Shown: piece after piece, positions 51,301 through 61,581 of the stretch
Numbering within the stretch: the stretch's first letter is position 1
Layout: each line of letters begins with the position of its first letter
Source: Oculina patagonica
Lineage: Eukaryota
Assembly (NCBI RefSeq): GCF_052425735.1
Contig: NC_135770.1
Location: 26,164,001 to 26,228,000 of the forward strand
Reading direction: 5' to 3'
DNA length: 64,000 nt
Notes under the pieces: model-generated
What the model was told of the DNA's origin: nothing
Seen by the model: only the letters and a program-made list of their open reading frames with translations
Databases searched by the model: none
Program-made: the position numbers and the translations under genes

Positions 51301-54300
51301 CAATTTCTCGAACCTCCAATGGGAAAAAATTACGTTCAAGAAATCGGGGGTAAAACTAGACACATAAATTTGTCTGGAAAACGGCGCCGTTGTCAACGCG
51401 AGAGTTTATAGACAGATGAATGGGAAACTTAAGACGCGATTACTAGACTATTTTCCCGTAAAGTCGTAGAGATCGATCGTTGAGTTCGACGGGCCGTCAA
51501 CTTGGTTCCAGAACGGGAGCGAAAACTGGGTAGAGTGCCAAAACCCTGTGGGTAGGGATTCGGGGTGTTTATACCACGGGCATTTTGCACTCTCCCCAGT
51601 TTTCACTCGCGTTCAGAAACCAAGATGGAGGCCTATCGATCTCAACGCTCGATCTCTACGACTTCACGGAAAAATAGGGGACTGTGAACAGTCTACGCGA
51701 TTACAGGCTTCTCACCCAGGCCACATTTCTCATATTTCATCAGTAAAATAATTTGCCTAATATCATAAACTCACGGCAGTTCATAAATTACGCAGAAATA
51801 CCATTCTGACAAAGGTATTTGACCTTGGAATCCCTGAAATTCCGATAGAAAACTCCAAATTTTGCATTACGCATTGTCCCATTTTCAAAACGCGAAGAGG
51901 ACGATAATGTCTCCAGTCTCTGTATTCCTGTACCTTCGCTTCTGCTTAAATTCCTGCTGTCCTCACTATTCTTACGCTCAATCTCGTGCGTAATCCCATG
52001 TGGTAAGACAGAACTTAAATCATAGTTAATAGAGGGAAATGGTTAGGAAGCAATAAAAACATCAAAGGAGCAAACAAAAAGGGGAAAGATTTCGGTTGGA
52101 AGATCCATGACCGTGTACATCTTTTAGTGTTTTTCGCTCATACACTATGCATGAGTTACGTAATCGCAATATTTTTACTGGTTGGTTGCATGAACACACG
52201 TAACCACCTATTGTATTTTGTCAGGTTTTTGTACTGTCAACCCCCAAAATAGCGAACAAAAACCTTCAACGAAGAACTTTATCGGGCTTCATTACCATTT
52301 CCCTCTATAGACTTTGCTTAAATGTAAAGTATTTGCACAGTATTCTTGGTTTGCAACCACGTGACAAGGCGGCCATGTTGGATGACAAAACAATAAAACA
52401 TGTTTTGGCGGAATTTGCATAATAAAAAAGTTTAGTTCCCAACGGAGGAGAACGCTTTGTTCCTGTCATCCAACATGGCTGCTGTGACGTCAGCTGCAAA
52501 CCAGCAATACGTTAAACTCACGAGCGTCGATGCATGATGTCTTCGATATCGAGGCGGCCTTCGCTACCAAGTCGTTGAATTCTATGGTTTGAAAAATATC
52601 GTCGTCTTCTTCAGTCACGTCTCTCATCATATTCATGTCAATATTACTCCCAATAGTAACGGCAAAGATACGAGCAGCCTTGGAACGGAGAAGCTGTACT
52701 GTATCAGCTGGTGGAATGTAAGACGGAGTCATACCACCGTATATAGTTTGTATCCCATCGGTTAACAATATCACTAGTTTCTGGTTTTCGTTCGAACCGG
52801 CCGATGAAAAATATTCATCATAAGCCAGCCGAAGTGCCAGGTCAATACGGGTATAACTTGCAGGATACGGGATATTGTCGACCGCAGTAGCGAAAGACAA
52901 TGCCGTATTCTTAGAGCCTAACTGAACTTCAACGGATGCGTCATAGCTGAATGCAATAACAGCAGCTTGGCTGGTGGTCTCTATCTCAAATCTGCTGGTC
53001 ACAATCTTTATAAATTCCTTTTCTTTTACATAATTGTCTGCTCCAACACTCCCTGAGGCGTCCAGTAAAAAGATCAGGTCCAGTGATGCGGGGCATTGTT
53101 CTGGAGCTAAAAAAAAATAAATACAACACAAAATTCATTAAGCCAAGCATTAATGAAGGTATCGAACCCTTTAATAGCCTGCGAATACGTTTCGCACGTA
53201 GTAGCGGGAGCGAATGAGAGGCGGCTGTATTCGCAGGCTAACCCTTTAAAGATTGCTCAATTTTTCTTCATTATGTAATATCAACAGCTTGACTGAACAC
53301 TTTGTTATAAGCTAACTTCTTGGAATATTTATAATTTCATACATGACTGTAAATCTTAAATAATTCGAAAAATTGTTTATACATTTCGTGTCATCTTGTA
53401 ATAAACCAAAACTTGCTAACGTTACTCGGTCTCGTTTTCTTTATGTTTTACACAAAACTGTCAGGCGGCTGTGGATTTTAGCATTTTTCACGGTCATTTC
53501 TATTTTCCTCTTGCAGTTTATTCGTCGAACGTTGGCGAGTTGCCCTTTTTTGTTCAGTACTGCTAACAATAAGAACCAAGAACTCTTCTAACAACAAGAC
53601 CTTTCCATACTTTCCACCTAGTGGAATACTCACCAATACAAACTGTGCCATTGCCAGAGTACCCGGAAACACAGGTGCAACTGTAATAACCATTATAGTT
53701 GGTGCAATACGCGTCTTTATGACAAACATCTTTTAAAACTTCACATTCGTCGATATCTGTTTGAAAGCAATTATGGAAGGAAAAAATGTCTAAAAATAGG
53801 ATATAACGTTAGGGGGCTTTCACTTATTTGTGCATGTGGGGAGTTGACAAGATTGTGGGGGTTATTATATTTTGGGAAGCTAAAGAGGGGGAAGTGGTTA
53901 CAGCAAATTATTGGCAGAAAATAAATAATTAATTGATTAAAAAAACAGGGTGAATTACTGGGGGGATGTGACATTTCTGCCTACCAAGGAAGGGGGGCTG
54001 GGCAATATTTGGAAGCCACTCCAAGTGTTTTGCCAACCTCCTCTCTTCCCCCATACACTAATAAATAAAAGCCCCCTTACCGTGATAAATATTAAAATAT
54101 AACAACCCTTGTTACAGATTTCTCCATTTTTCTAAGAAAGCATCTGGTAAAATTTTTGTTCTTGACAAAGTTGATTGGTTTGAAAGATAGCTCGACTGCA
54201 GTTCATTGTGCGCTATTGGCGCGGAATATAGGAAGGTTTGTTCATTTGCCTTTTTCGCGCATAATTTAGATTATTTTGCAAATGTATTCATTGTCGATTT

Positions 54301-55694
54301 TGGCAGTGCTGCAGCAATTTAAGATTAAACACGATCCACGCGTGACTCATCCAACCGTACTGACGTTAATCGAACTTATTCGAGGTCAATCGAAGCCAAT
54401 TGCAACAATCAAGTACATTTAAAAGTTACCAGACATTGGAACAGTGTGTTTTATCATTTGAGAACATCTACTTATCAAGTTCAAAGGGCAAATAGAAATG
54501 TATCACACTTAACTGTAGTACAATTTTCTGATTTATTTTTCATCCTTCTATATTATTGACAAACTTTCCAGTTCCATATACCCATTGCCGCTTTGCGGAC
54601 TTAAGGCCTGGCTAAACGAGGAAACATTGTTGCGGAAACATTGTTCCTTGTTATGTTTCTTAGGTGGTCAAATTAAAAATGGAAAATGTTTTGCTGCTCG
54701 AGTGGCTGAACTAGGAAACAGTGTTCTGGAAACAGTGACACGCATGCGCATAAACTAGTCAACATTGCCTCCATATATGTTTCGGAAGCAAAAATGTTTT
54801 TGACTTGAGGCAGAAACACTTTTTGGTTTTCGTGAAGCAAAATTTGTTTCCTAAACATTTGTTTTCCGCTTGGCTAAACTGGGACACGTTTGTGTCCGCA
54901 ACAGTGTTTCCTAGTTTAGCCAGGCGTTTAAAATCCCAGCCACAAGGAAGATTCCGGGAAAGAATCCGTATGCTTCGGTGACACTTGTATCTTCCCCTCC
55001 CCCCCCCCCCCCCACCCCCCTCCCCACCCGTCATGTGCAATTTCAATCGAATGTTATCTAAAGTAGAACCTCGTTTGCAGCCGCAAAACTAATTATCTGT
55101 TCGACTGCGTTTCTCTTTTTCTCCAATTCTTTGCATGCGAGGGTTTGTTCAATTGTGCATTAACGATTCAATCACGTGACTGGATTCGATTGAGTTCGAC
55201 AAATCCAACGGTCGATTTGGCTCGTTTAATTACTCAAAAAGGCTTTAGATTTCACAGTAGTGTGAATTATCACCATAGTTAGTTAGCCAACAAGCTGTGC
55301 TCCAAGAATTAGATGAACCGAAAGAAGTTTAAACAATTATCAAAATTCTGCCCTTGGCGCGGACGGATTAAACATTTCCTCTTGTTACTGCACATTGCAA
55401 CCGACTTTGTTTGTTTATTTTTTTTTTTTGTTTGTTTGTTTGTTTATTTGCTTATTTGTTTTTTGTTTGTTTTCTTCAAGGTCATTCTTTAAGCTGTTAC
55501 TGGGCAATGCAAACCATAGAACTTGTTTTATTGTTGTAGGTATACATCAATGGTATGGATAAAGTTAATACCTGTACAGGTTACTCCATCGCCGTCAAAG
55601 CCGTCCTTGCACTGACAAGAAAACCCTTGTGGTAAATCAGTGCAGTCTGCGTTCTGATCACAATTGTGAGTTAACTTTGCACATTCGTTGAAAC
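26608..55694 (-). CDS. Gene B: polycystin-1-family (PKD1-like/REJ) receptor-channel with EGF and VWA ectodomain; multi-exon
   Basis: Exons 5'->3': (58754-58511?), 55694-55572, 53756-53634, 53106-52522 VWA, 50716-50576, 49375-49250, 47908-47777, 47173-47051, 46438-45853 VWA (frameshift), 43602-43462, 43025-42900, 42475-42347, 41992-41882, 41432-40655, 40197-39627, 39236-39033, 38634-38509, 36659-36459, 36169-35921, 35505-34798, 33394-33158, 32414-31158, 28480-28312, 27845-26608. [16 protein letters not shown] and channel motifs present. Confidence 0.92.
28312..28480 (-). CDS. Gene B exon: polycystin domain start
   Basis: [31 protein letters not shown]. Confidence 0.9.
28967..29327. mobile_element. 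MITE with G-run/gtactccc termini
   Basis: ccgggg..ggggtactccct ... agggagtaccacccccctcaggg inverted termini. Confidence 0.6.
31158..32414 (-). CDS. Gene B exon: PLAT and TM2-6
   Basis: [21 protein letters not shown]; YHLWASV; [10 protein letters not shown]. Confidence 0.94.
33158..33394 (-). CDS. Gene B exon: GPS cleavage site and TM1
   Basis: [36 protein letters not shown]; 237 nt as in gene A. Confidence 0.93.
34798..35505 (-). CDS. Gene B exon: GAIN-B and start of GPS
   Basis: [33 protein letters not shown]. Confidence 0.92.
35921..36169 (-). CDS. Gene B exon (GAIN)
   Basis: [16 protein letters not shown]...EAEYH; AG/GT, phase 0-0. Confidence 0.82.
36255..36440 (+). mobile_element. SINE fragment (conserved-core type)
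   Basis: aaatgggtacc...ccctgcgatggac..catccca..caggggg..agtcgcttcatgctac matches a recalled cnidarian SINE body; unverified. Confidence 0.6.
36459..36659 (-). CDS. Gene B exon (GAIN-A region)
   Basis: [15 protein letters not shown]...ADQLK. Confidence 0.82.
36683..37819 (+). mobile_element. Non-autonomous Crypton-like element with terminal hairpin
   Basis: 5' ttagtataaatctactagcgtt pairs with 37691-37713; palindrome at 37714-37819; relic coding frame at 36819-36918; internal tandem duplication of about 220 bp. Confidence 0.65.
38509..38634 (-). CDS. Gene B exon (GAIN-A region)
   Basis: [17 protein letters not shown]...SINSM; 126 nt. Confidence 0.82.
39033..39236 (-). CDS. Gene B exon (end of REJ)
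   Basis: [13 protein letters not shown]...EQKSI; begins VTPP like gene A exon 10873. Confidence 0.83.
39627..40197 (-). CDS. Gene B exon: REJ part 2
   Basis: [31 protein letters not shown]; phase 2-0. Confidence 0.9.
40655..41432 (-). CDS. Gene B exon: REJ part 1
   Basis: [24 protein letters not shown]; phase 1-2. Confidence 0.9.
41882..41992 (-). CDS. Gene B exon: Ca-EGF
   Basis: [36 protein letters not shown]. Confidence 0.87.
42347..42475 (-). CDS. Gene B exon: Ca-EGF
   Basis: [42 protein letters not shown]. Confidence 0.9.
42900..43025 (-). CDS. Gene B exon: Ca-EGF
   Basis: [41 protein letters not shown]. Confidence 0.9.
43462..43602 (-). CDS. Gene B exon: EGF-like
   Basis: [38 protein letters not shown]. 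Confidence 0.88.
44166..45563. mobile_element. Non-autonomous DNA transposon, about 60-bp TIRs, internal tandem arrays
   Basis: tatatgtgaccctccacgggaaaacag ... ctgttttcccgtggagggtcacatata; arrays at about 44343-44460 and 45270-45360. Confidence 0.82.
45853..46438 (-). pseudogene. Gene B VWA exon copy 2 with +1 frameshift and degenerate MIDAS
   Basis: 586 nt vs 585 nt for copy 1; extra base near 46125; LLTDG changed to LITYE. Confidence 0.8.
47051..47173 (-). CDS. Gene B exon: Ca-EGF
   Basis: [40 protein letters not shown]. Confidence 0.9.
47777..47908 (-). CDS. Gene B exon: Ca-EGF
   Basis: [43 protein letters not shown]. Confidence 0.88.
48250..48330. repeat. (TA)n microsatellite
   Basis: Directly visible. 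Confidence 0.9.
48400..48590 (+). mobile_element. Probable LINE 3' end with AATAAA and (TATTG)n tail
   Basis: ..ggacaataaaaatgtattgtattgtattg. Confidence 0.45.
49250..49375 (-). CDS. Gene B exon: Ca-EGF
   Basis: [41 protein letters not shown]. Confidence 0.9.
49961..50510. mobile_element. MITE with about 190-bp inverted arms, Kolobok-like (..cct TTAA) end
   Basis: 49961-50150 is the reverse complement of about 50322-50510. Confidence 0.7.
50576..50716 (-). CDS. Gene B exon: EGF-like
   Basis: [38 protein letters not shown]. Confidence 0.88.
51444..51695. mobile_element. MITE with TAG..CTA termini and 9-bp TSD (Academ-like)
   Basis: cgcgattac|tagact ... agtcta|cgcgattac. Confidence 0.8.
52341..52509. 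mobile_element. Short MITE 12 bp from the VWA1 splice donor
   Basis: tattcttggtttgcaaccacgtgac..ggccatgttggatgaca / tgtcatccaacatggc..gcaaaccagcaata inverted termini. Confidence 0.7.
52522..53106 (-). CDS. Gene B exon: VWA domain with intact MIDAS
   Basis: [31 protein letters not shown]; phase 1-1. Confidence 0.92.
53175..53240. mobile_element. 66-bp MITE with TAG..CTA termini and 9-bp TSD (Academ-like)
   Basis: accctttaa|tagcctgcgaatac ... gtattcgcaggcta|accctttaa. Confidence 0.82.
53634..53756 (-). CDS. Gene B exon: Ca-EGF
   Basis: [40 protein letters not shown]. Confidence 0.9.
54605..54926. mobile_element. Harbinger-like MITE
   Basis: taa|ggcctggctaaacgaggaaacattgttgcgga ... tccgcaacagtgtttcctagtttagccaggcg. 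Confidence 0.72.
55572..55694 (-). CDS. Gene B exon: EGF
   Basis: [39 protein letters not shown]. Confidence 0.88.
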
Positions 55695-56079
55695 CTGTAG
55701 AGAAATCGTACCATGTAGTTCAAGTTTAACCCAGGTAGCTTGCAATAGTTAAGAGAATGCACTCTACTGAGGAGCTTACACTTGGCCAATTCTAACACCA
55801 CTGAACCAATTTTTTTAGTCAGTGAAACAAACTAATTGCAAAAAGTTGTAAATTTCTCCCAACAGGAGTCGAACCCACTTACTTACGCACACCTGCCGGT
55901 CTTTCTACTAATGATATATGCAGAAGCTAGGAATTACCCATGCTATAGAAGAATGTTTAAAAGTGAAAAGCAACCCGTACACTGCTGCAATTTATACTAG
56001 TTTGTCGATTAGTAAGAAACGTCGGATTTAAATTATGGTATAATCATGCTGTAAATATTTTTATTTTTTTTTAATAGAA

Positions 56080-56153
56080 TGGTTGTTGTTGTTGTTGCTG
56101 TTATTACTATTGTTTTTGTTGTTGCTGCTGTTGTTGTTATTGTTGTTGTTGTT
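56080..56153. repeat. (TTG)n microsatellite
   Basis: Directly visible. Confidence 0.85.
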
Positions 56154-56456
56154 AAGCCTTCCCTGCTTTGTCCCGATGCACGTGAAAAGCAAAACCATCT
56201 GCTCTACCAGCAAGCTTCTTGAGAAAGAAACTTGACTTTATCTTTCGTTTTTTGCGATATTTTTTTATTAATATTTTTCTTTTCTTGCAATTTTAAGTTG
56301 TATGTAAATTAATTCAAAACGGAAATTTCAGAATAGAACTCAAATGTCGCGAAATGATGACCGCTAAAAACAAATCGACTTGAAGCAACTGAAACTCTCC
56401 CAACTTATATTATAAGAAATGCGTGAATATTCGAAGAGAGTATTTTCATGTTGAGA

Positions 56457-56780
56457 AACAACAACAACAACAACTTTACTATTGTGTCGTATCGCTAGCA
56501 TATCAAGCGCTAAAAAAATAAAATAAGTAAATAAATAAATAGATTTGTTAATAAGCCTTGACATAAGAAACAGTCTTTACAAGTTTGCACATATGATTAA
56601 GGGGATCGACTGATTTAATGTGCCTGTTAAAAATGTCAACGGATTCAGACGATCGAATAAATTGGCTAAGTTTCGACCAAATAACAGGAACAGAATTGCT
56701 TATGTCATGTTTGCCGAATGCAACAGTTCGAAATCTTGGCAAGACAAATTCTGAATTTCTTAGATGATACTGCAATATAG
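56457..56780 (-). mobile_element. 5'-truncated LINE (CR1/L2-group) 3' end
   Basis: YHLRNSEFVLPRFRTVAFGKH..VIWSKL resembles a CR1-group ORF2 C-terminus; (TTG)n tail. Confidence 0.6.
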
Positions 56781-58510
56781 GGTGGCGAGGCGCGAGACTT
56801 TGTACTTGTACTAGCTTTTAACTTTCTCTTTAACTTTGTACGATATAATTGCGATGGCTTGCAATCGCCACGTATATTGAGGTTCAAGTGGTTTCAAACA
56901 TGTTTTAAAAAACTAGGCATAAGACTAGAAATATCTCAGTGCAGGCTCCATTAGCATGCTTGAATGCTACATACCACAATTTAAGTTTACGGTCAGGCGA
57001 CAATTATGTTTCAACGAACTAAGCATCATTTCGAAACGAAATTAAAATAATATTCATCATCCGATCAATCATGTTCCTGTTTTTCTTGACTGGAAGAAAA
57101 AAAAACTCAACAAACAAGTAAAACATAGTTTTAAAGAAAGCACAGATAAAACAACTCGACAGGTTTCACATCAAAAGTTATTTAAAACCAACGGCAAGAC
57201 AATTAAGCTAGACAGGAAAACAACTCTGGACAAAGATTTAAAACAATTTTGATAACATAAAACAAAAGAAAAATGAACTCAGCGACAAACATACTAGTTT
57301 CTAAAGTCAGCACGAACAAGGAAACTCCGTGATAGATCCAGTAGTAAAATCTAACTTTAAAGCCAGCGCAGGAAACTGACAACGCTGAATGTTCCAGCAA
57401 CAAAAAGATAGGTCTCTTAGCTTTGCACTATTCTTGATGAATGAGATCATAATTTGTGTTTTGGTGCACACACGAAGGGGCATGTCGCAACGACAAAATC
57501 ACAACATGTACAAAGACAAGAAAATTAATCAGGATCATGTTGCAGTGATACGTTTTACGGGATGTGTTGCTGCAATATGTACACGCTTCATTTTCTTGAA
57601 TGTATACATATTGTGAATTCTTTTCTGCTACATATCACTGTTACATGTCCCTAGGAAAAAAAAACTTCTTGTGTCAGCACTTTTAAGCTTTCCTCGGCTG
57701 GCAGTGAACACACGTTTTGTTTTTGCAACGGATTCAAATGATTCAATTTTGATATCTGTTGGAATCAGAAAGATCTCTTAAACTAGCCGCCTATCTTAAG
57801 TCATAGTATTTAAGAGAAAATGTTTTTGTACACCGCGCGTGAAAACAGGAAAATGCGGTACAAGCTTTGAAAATCGACTCCTTCATTTTTTGCTCAGAGA
57901 TACCTTATGGAGACTTAATAAACGTGGTGTATTTTTTTAGTTAAATCTTTTTTTCATTTTCGAGAAAATACTCAAAAATTATAACGAGCGCCCGCCGCCA
58001 TGAAATGCCCGAAACGAGGGCGACGAACATGGTCACAAGACTTTTTGCTCCTTAAAAGCGCAAAATGAAGAAGACCTTTCTCAAGTTTGTTTATTAGTAC
58101 AGGAGGCATTAACGAATGATTTGAGTCTAAAATCAGGATAATTAACTGAACTCTGAAATCCAGGCGAGCGTTTAAAAATCACCAATTTTCCATTGTTTAC
58201 AGATTTCATTTTGGAGCATTTTTTTCACGAAACACTTTTCTTATGCGGTATAACACAGATTTACCTAAGATTACGGCTAAGATAAGTAGAAATTATGTAC
58301 TTTTTAAGGATATAAAAATTTGCTTGGGGCTTTTAATATTATCCGAGAAATAGCCCGTCCTATTTCAAGGAAATCACTCGACAGCGACTTATGTCAACAA
58401 AGGAAATAATCGAATTACGTAGTACGCTTTCTCTTTAATAAAGCCAAAATTCGAACAAAATCCTATCGTTTAGCTCCAAACGAGTTAACTACTTTGTGTT
58501 TAACCCTTAC

Positions 58511-58754
58511 CTTGCAAAACAGAGGTAAAACATTGTTTTCTCCCTTTCTTTCGTAGGCTAATTGTAATTTCCCACGGGCAAGCGGCTATGGTACTCATGA
58601 CACAATTAGTCACTATTAGCGAAGCCCTCGTTAACATCGTATTTCTTGACAATTTTAACCACATTTCAGGTTCCAAGCGGCCGTTCATACAAGTTACTTG
58701 ATAACACGATGAACAGATCCACTTAACGAGGTTAAGAGCCCCAAAATGCGACAT
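58511..58754 (-). CDS. Candidate first coding exon of gene B
   Basis: ATG-initiated open frame ending caaG|GTAAGG in phase 1, which matches the next exon (G+GT=Gly); no convincing signal peptide. Confidence 0.4.
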
Positions 58755-59284
58755 TGAAATTCAAACAACGGTTGCGTGTCATTACTCGTGGATCCCCGTG
58801 TTTGTCACGCAATGAGAGTCTGTTACAGCACGAACCTCCCGGGGGCTGGGGTGGTGCGTTCTGTGCAGGGGTACTCCCCGAAAAGGCTGCATTTTTTTCA
58901 AACAAGAGGGTTACAGATCGATCTCACGAGGTGGAGTATGGAAAAGGGTATACAAACTGCCGCTTAGGTATTTGAAATGCTTTTCGAACAGACCCACCAA
59001 ACGGTTGGTTCATGAAAGTATTTGAAGGGGGATTTTAGTGAAGAATTCTCGTCAGGAGAAGCAGTTTCCTTATTGTTTTTTCCTAACAAAGGAATATGTA
59101 AGGGCTATCCTTTCTGGTTGGCCTCGAACTATATATGTTATGAACGCTTAGAAGAAGTAATAAAATTAAACTACATTGGCATGATTTTTTTTATATACAA
59201 ATAAAAAAACTGCCGAATTTCAAAATCCCGTTTCAGGATCCTTGGCGTAAATGGAGCCTAATTCATTCCAAAGTTAACGATTTC

Positions 59285-59440
59285 ATAGAGGATAATACAT
59301 GGTTGCTTAGAGATATGAAATTTATTTTCGAGTGTTTAAATCGATAGCTCACGAGTGAGCGCAGCGAACGAGTGAGATATCGGATTTGAACACGAGAAGA
59401 TAAATTTCATATCTCCAATCAACCATGTATAATCCTCTAT
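59285..59440. repeat. About 155-bp hairpin, terminus of a hairpin-ended element
   Basis: atagaggataatacatggttg ... caaccatgtataatcctctat palindrome. Confidence 0.75.
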
Positions 59441-61180
59441 GTAATCGTCAGAATTAAAACAAAAAATAACTTTCAGTTTAACAACATTGATTTTTCGCAA
59501 GAAAAAACTTATTAAAAATGTTGGAAAACGCGTTTCAGGGCTTCTAGACTTCAAAACTTTCTGGGGGTATGACCCCAGACCACCCTAGCAAGATATTACC
59601 TCGTCTATGCCAGAAGTCTGGCTCCGGTCCTGACCACTACATCATGCACAAAGAAGTCATGTCTTAAATACAACAACTGCAGTAATTCGCACGGCTTTTT
59701 ATTCCTATTAAAGTCACTGCAAACGATTCAAACGAGGGCAATGCTTGTCGGACCCCCCCCCCCCCCCCCCCAACAAAAAAAAACACTATGGGTGGGGCTC
59801 AAGCTTTCCTTTTCGATCCCCGGAAGATACCATTTGGCATTTTCCATGCCAGTCCACGCTGACCCGGGTAAATTTGAAAACGATAGCCACTTTGGAGAGC
59901 GTATTTAAAAAAAAAAACGTTTTCGGATATCGTAAAAGCCGTTTCATTGTGGACGGTTGGCCTAGCCGGAAAAAAAAAAGATGGGTTTTCAAATTTATCC
60001 CGGTCAGTGTGGACGGGGCCCTATATCTAGACTGCAAAAAAATCACTAAGTGTTTTTTTTTTTTCTTGAAGGGCAGCCCAAAACGAGGGTCTGAATGGGG
60101 GTACCTCGATAACACTAAACACTTAATTTTTTGGTACTGTAACATGAAACAGTTATATTTCAGGTATTTTGCCACTAACAGTAAAAAAAATCACTGCAAC
60201 AAGTAAATTTATAGCAGAAGGAAACAAAAACATATATATCTACATTGTGGGGGGTCTTGCAAAGGGAGGCATGCTCCCATCACTGCAAGACATTAAATAA
60301 AAAATAAAAAAGCGGGGGGGGGGGGGGGGGGGTTGACAGGCCTTAAAAATATATCCAAAATGGATCCATATTCTTTTGCTAAGTATATGAAGAAGTTTTC
60401 GGCCATTTTCCGACGATTTCCAATCATTTCGGAAGATTTCCAAAGACTAACGAATATTCCCGATGACAGCCAAAGATTGCCGAAAATTTCCGGGGACAAG
60501 ATATCCGAAGACTACCGAAGATTGCCGAGGAGAATCCGAAAATTGTCTTTAAGTTCATGAGTGATTTTATCCGATTTTTAAAGAGCAGATAAGAATTTAC
60601 AAAGCTAAAAGTGTTCACGGAAAACCCTCCAAACACTTAACAGTATTTTCTTCGGAAACTGTAGACATTAAAAACTTGACCAATGAAACATCAAACAGTA
60701 AAAATTATGGGCAAACAACACTAAACACTAAACCCCATTCAGACCCTCTAAAACGAGACCTGGTGGCTAAAATTACCCGCATCCTTTGCTGAACACCCTA
60801 GGTGTGACCAAAATCCGTGTCTTACACACCTAAGGGAGTTCCCCTCCCCATCTTCATTACGCAGAGGAGTCTTTCATAAACGTTTTTACGTTTTTCAGCT
60901 TGCTTTAGGTGGCCATTTACACTTGTCAGTGCGTGAGCGCTAGGTACAGCCTGGGCACCATAAACGCGGTCGCAATAATTTTCGTCTCCATTTACTCGAA
61001 AACGGGGTTAGAGTTTTAGTAGAATATAATCACGTCATGTGTTACAAAATCAACCGCTGGTATCAGACGGGTCGTTAAAACTCGATTTTCACAGACCAAA
61101 ACGGAGAAAAAAAAATATCCACACTGTGTTAGGTACCTCATTTTTAGGCCTAAACTGCCGTGGCTTGTTTTAACCACATA

Positions 61181-61581
61181 CACTCCTTTTATTTTATAAG
61201 AATCTAGTTTATAAGAATATCGAGGCTGAAATTTGCGAATTTTTAAGAATATTTTAAGAATAAAACCGAGGCTGAGATTTTGAAAAGAATATAGTTTTTA
61301 GTTGAAACAAAATCAGGTAGTTTCATTTCCGTCACTTTATCTCTGTGAGGAATGCTTTGTTTAAAGCCAAAACGGCCAGGCTGCAATGAAAAGCAATGGT
61401 ACATACATGTGCACAATGTAACACGATACAGATGTGGACACCAAACACTTGTTAAACCGGAAATGTCAAACGGTATTTTCTAAGAATGTTCATAAGAATA
61501 TTTTCAGCCTAAAATCGGCAGAAAAATAAGAATATTCAGCCTGGATCGGAAAAACTGTATTCTTATAAAAAAAAAAGAGTG
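61181..61581. mobile_element. MITE with CACT..AGTG ends and TA flanks (EnSpm-like); partial copy ends at about 47711
   Basis: ta|cactccttttattttataagaat ... ttcttataaaaaaaaaagagtg|ta. Confidence 0.68.

Noticed and set aside
55850-55910. tRNA-like B-box (gggttcgactcctg on the minus strand)
   Set aside because: No complete cloverleaf; at most a decayed SINE head.
57203-57403. Hydrophobic ORF as a possible signal-peptide exon of gene B
   Set aside because: No ATG start and no suitable phase-1 donor; looks like repeat-derived sequence.
60390-60545. ccgaagat-type short repeats and their ORFs
   Set aside because: Typical internal repeats of a non-autonomous element; not coding.
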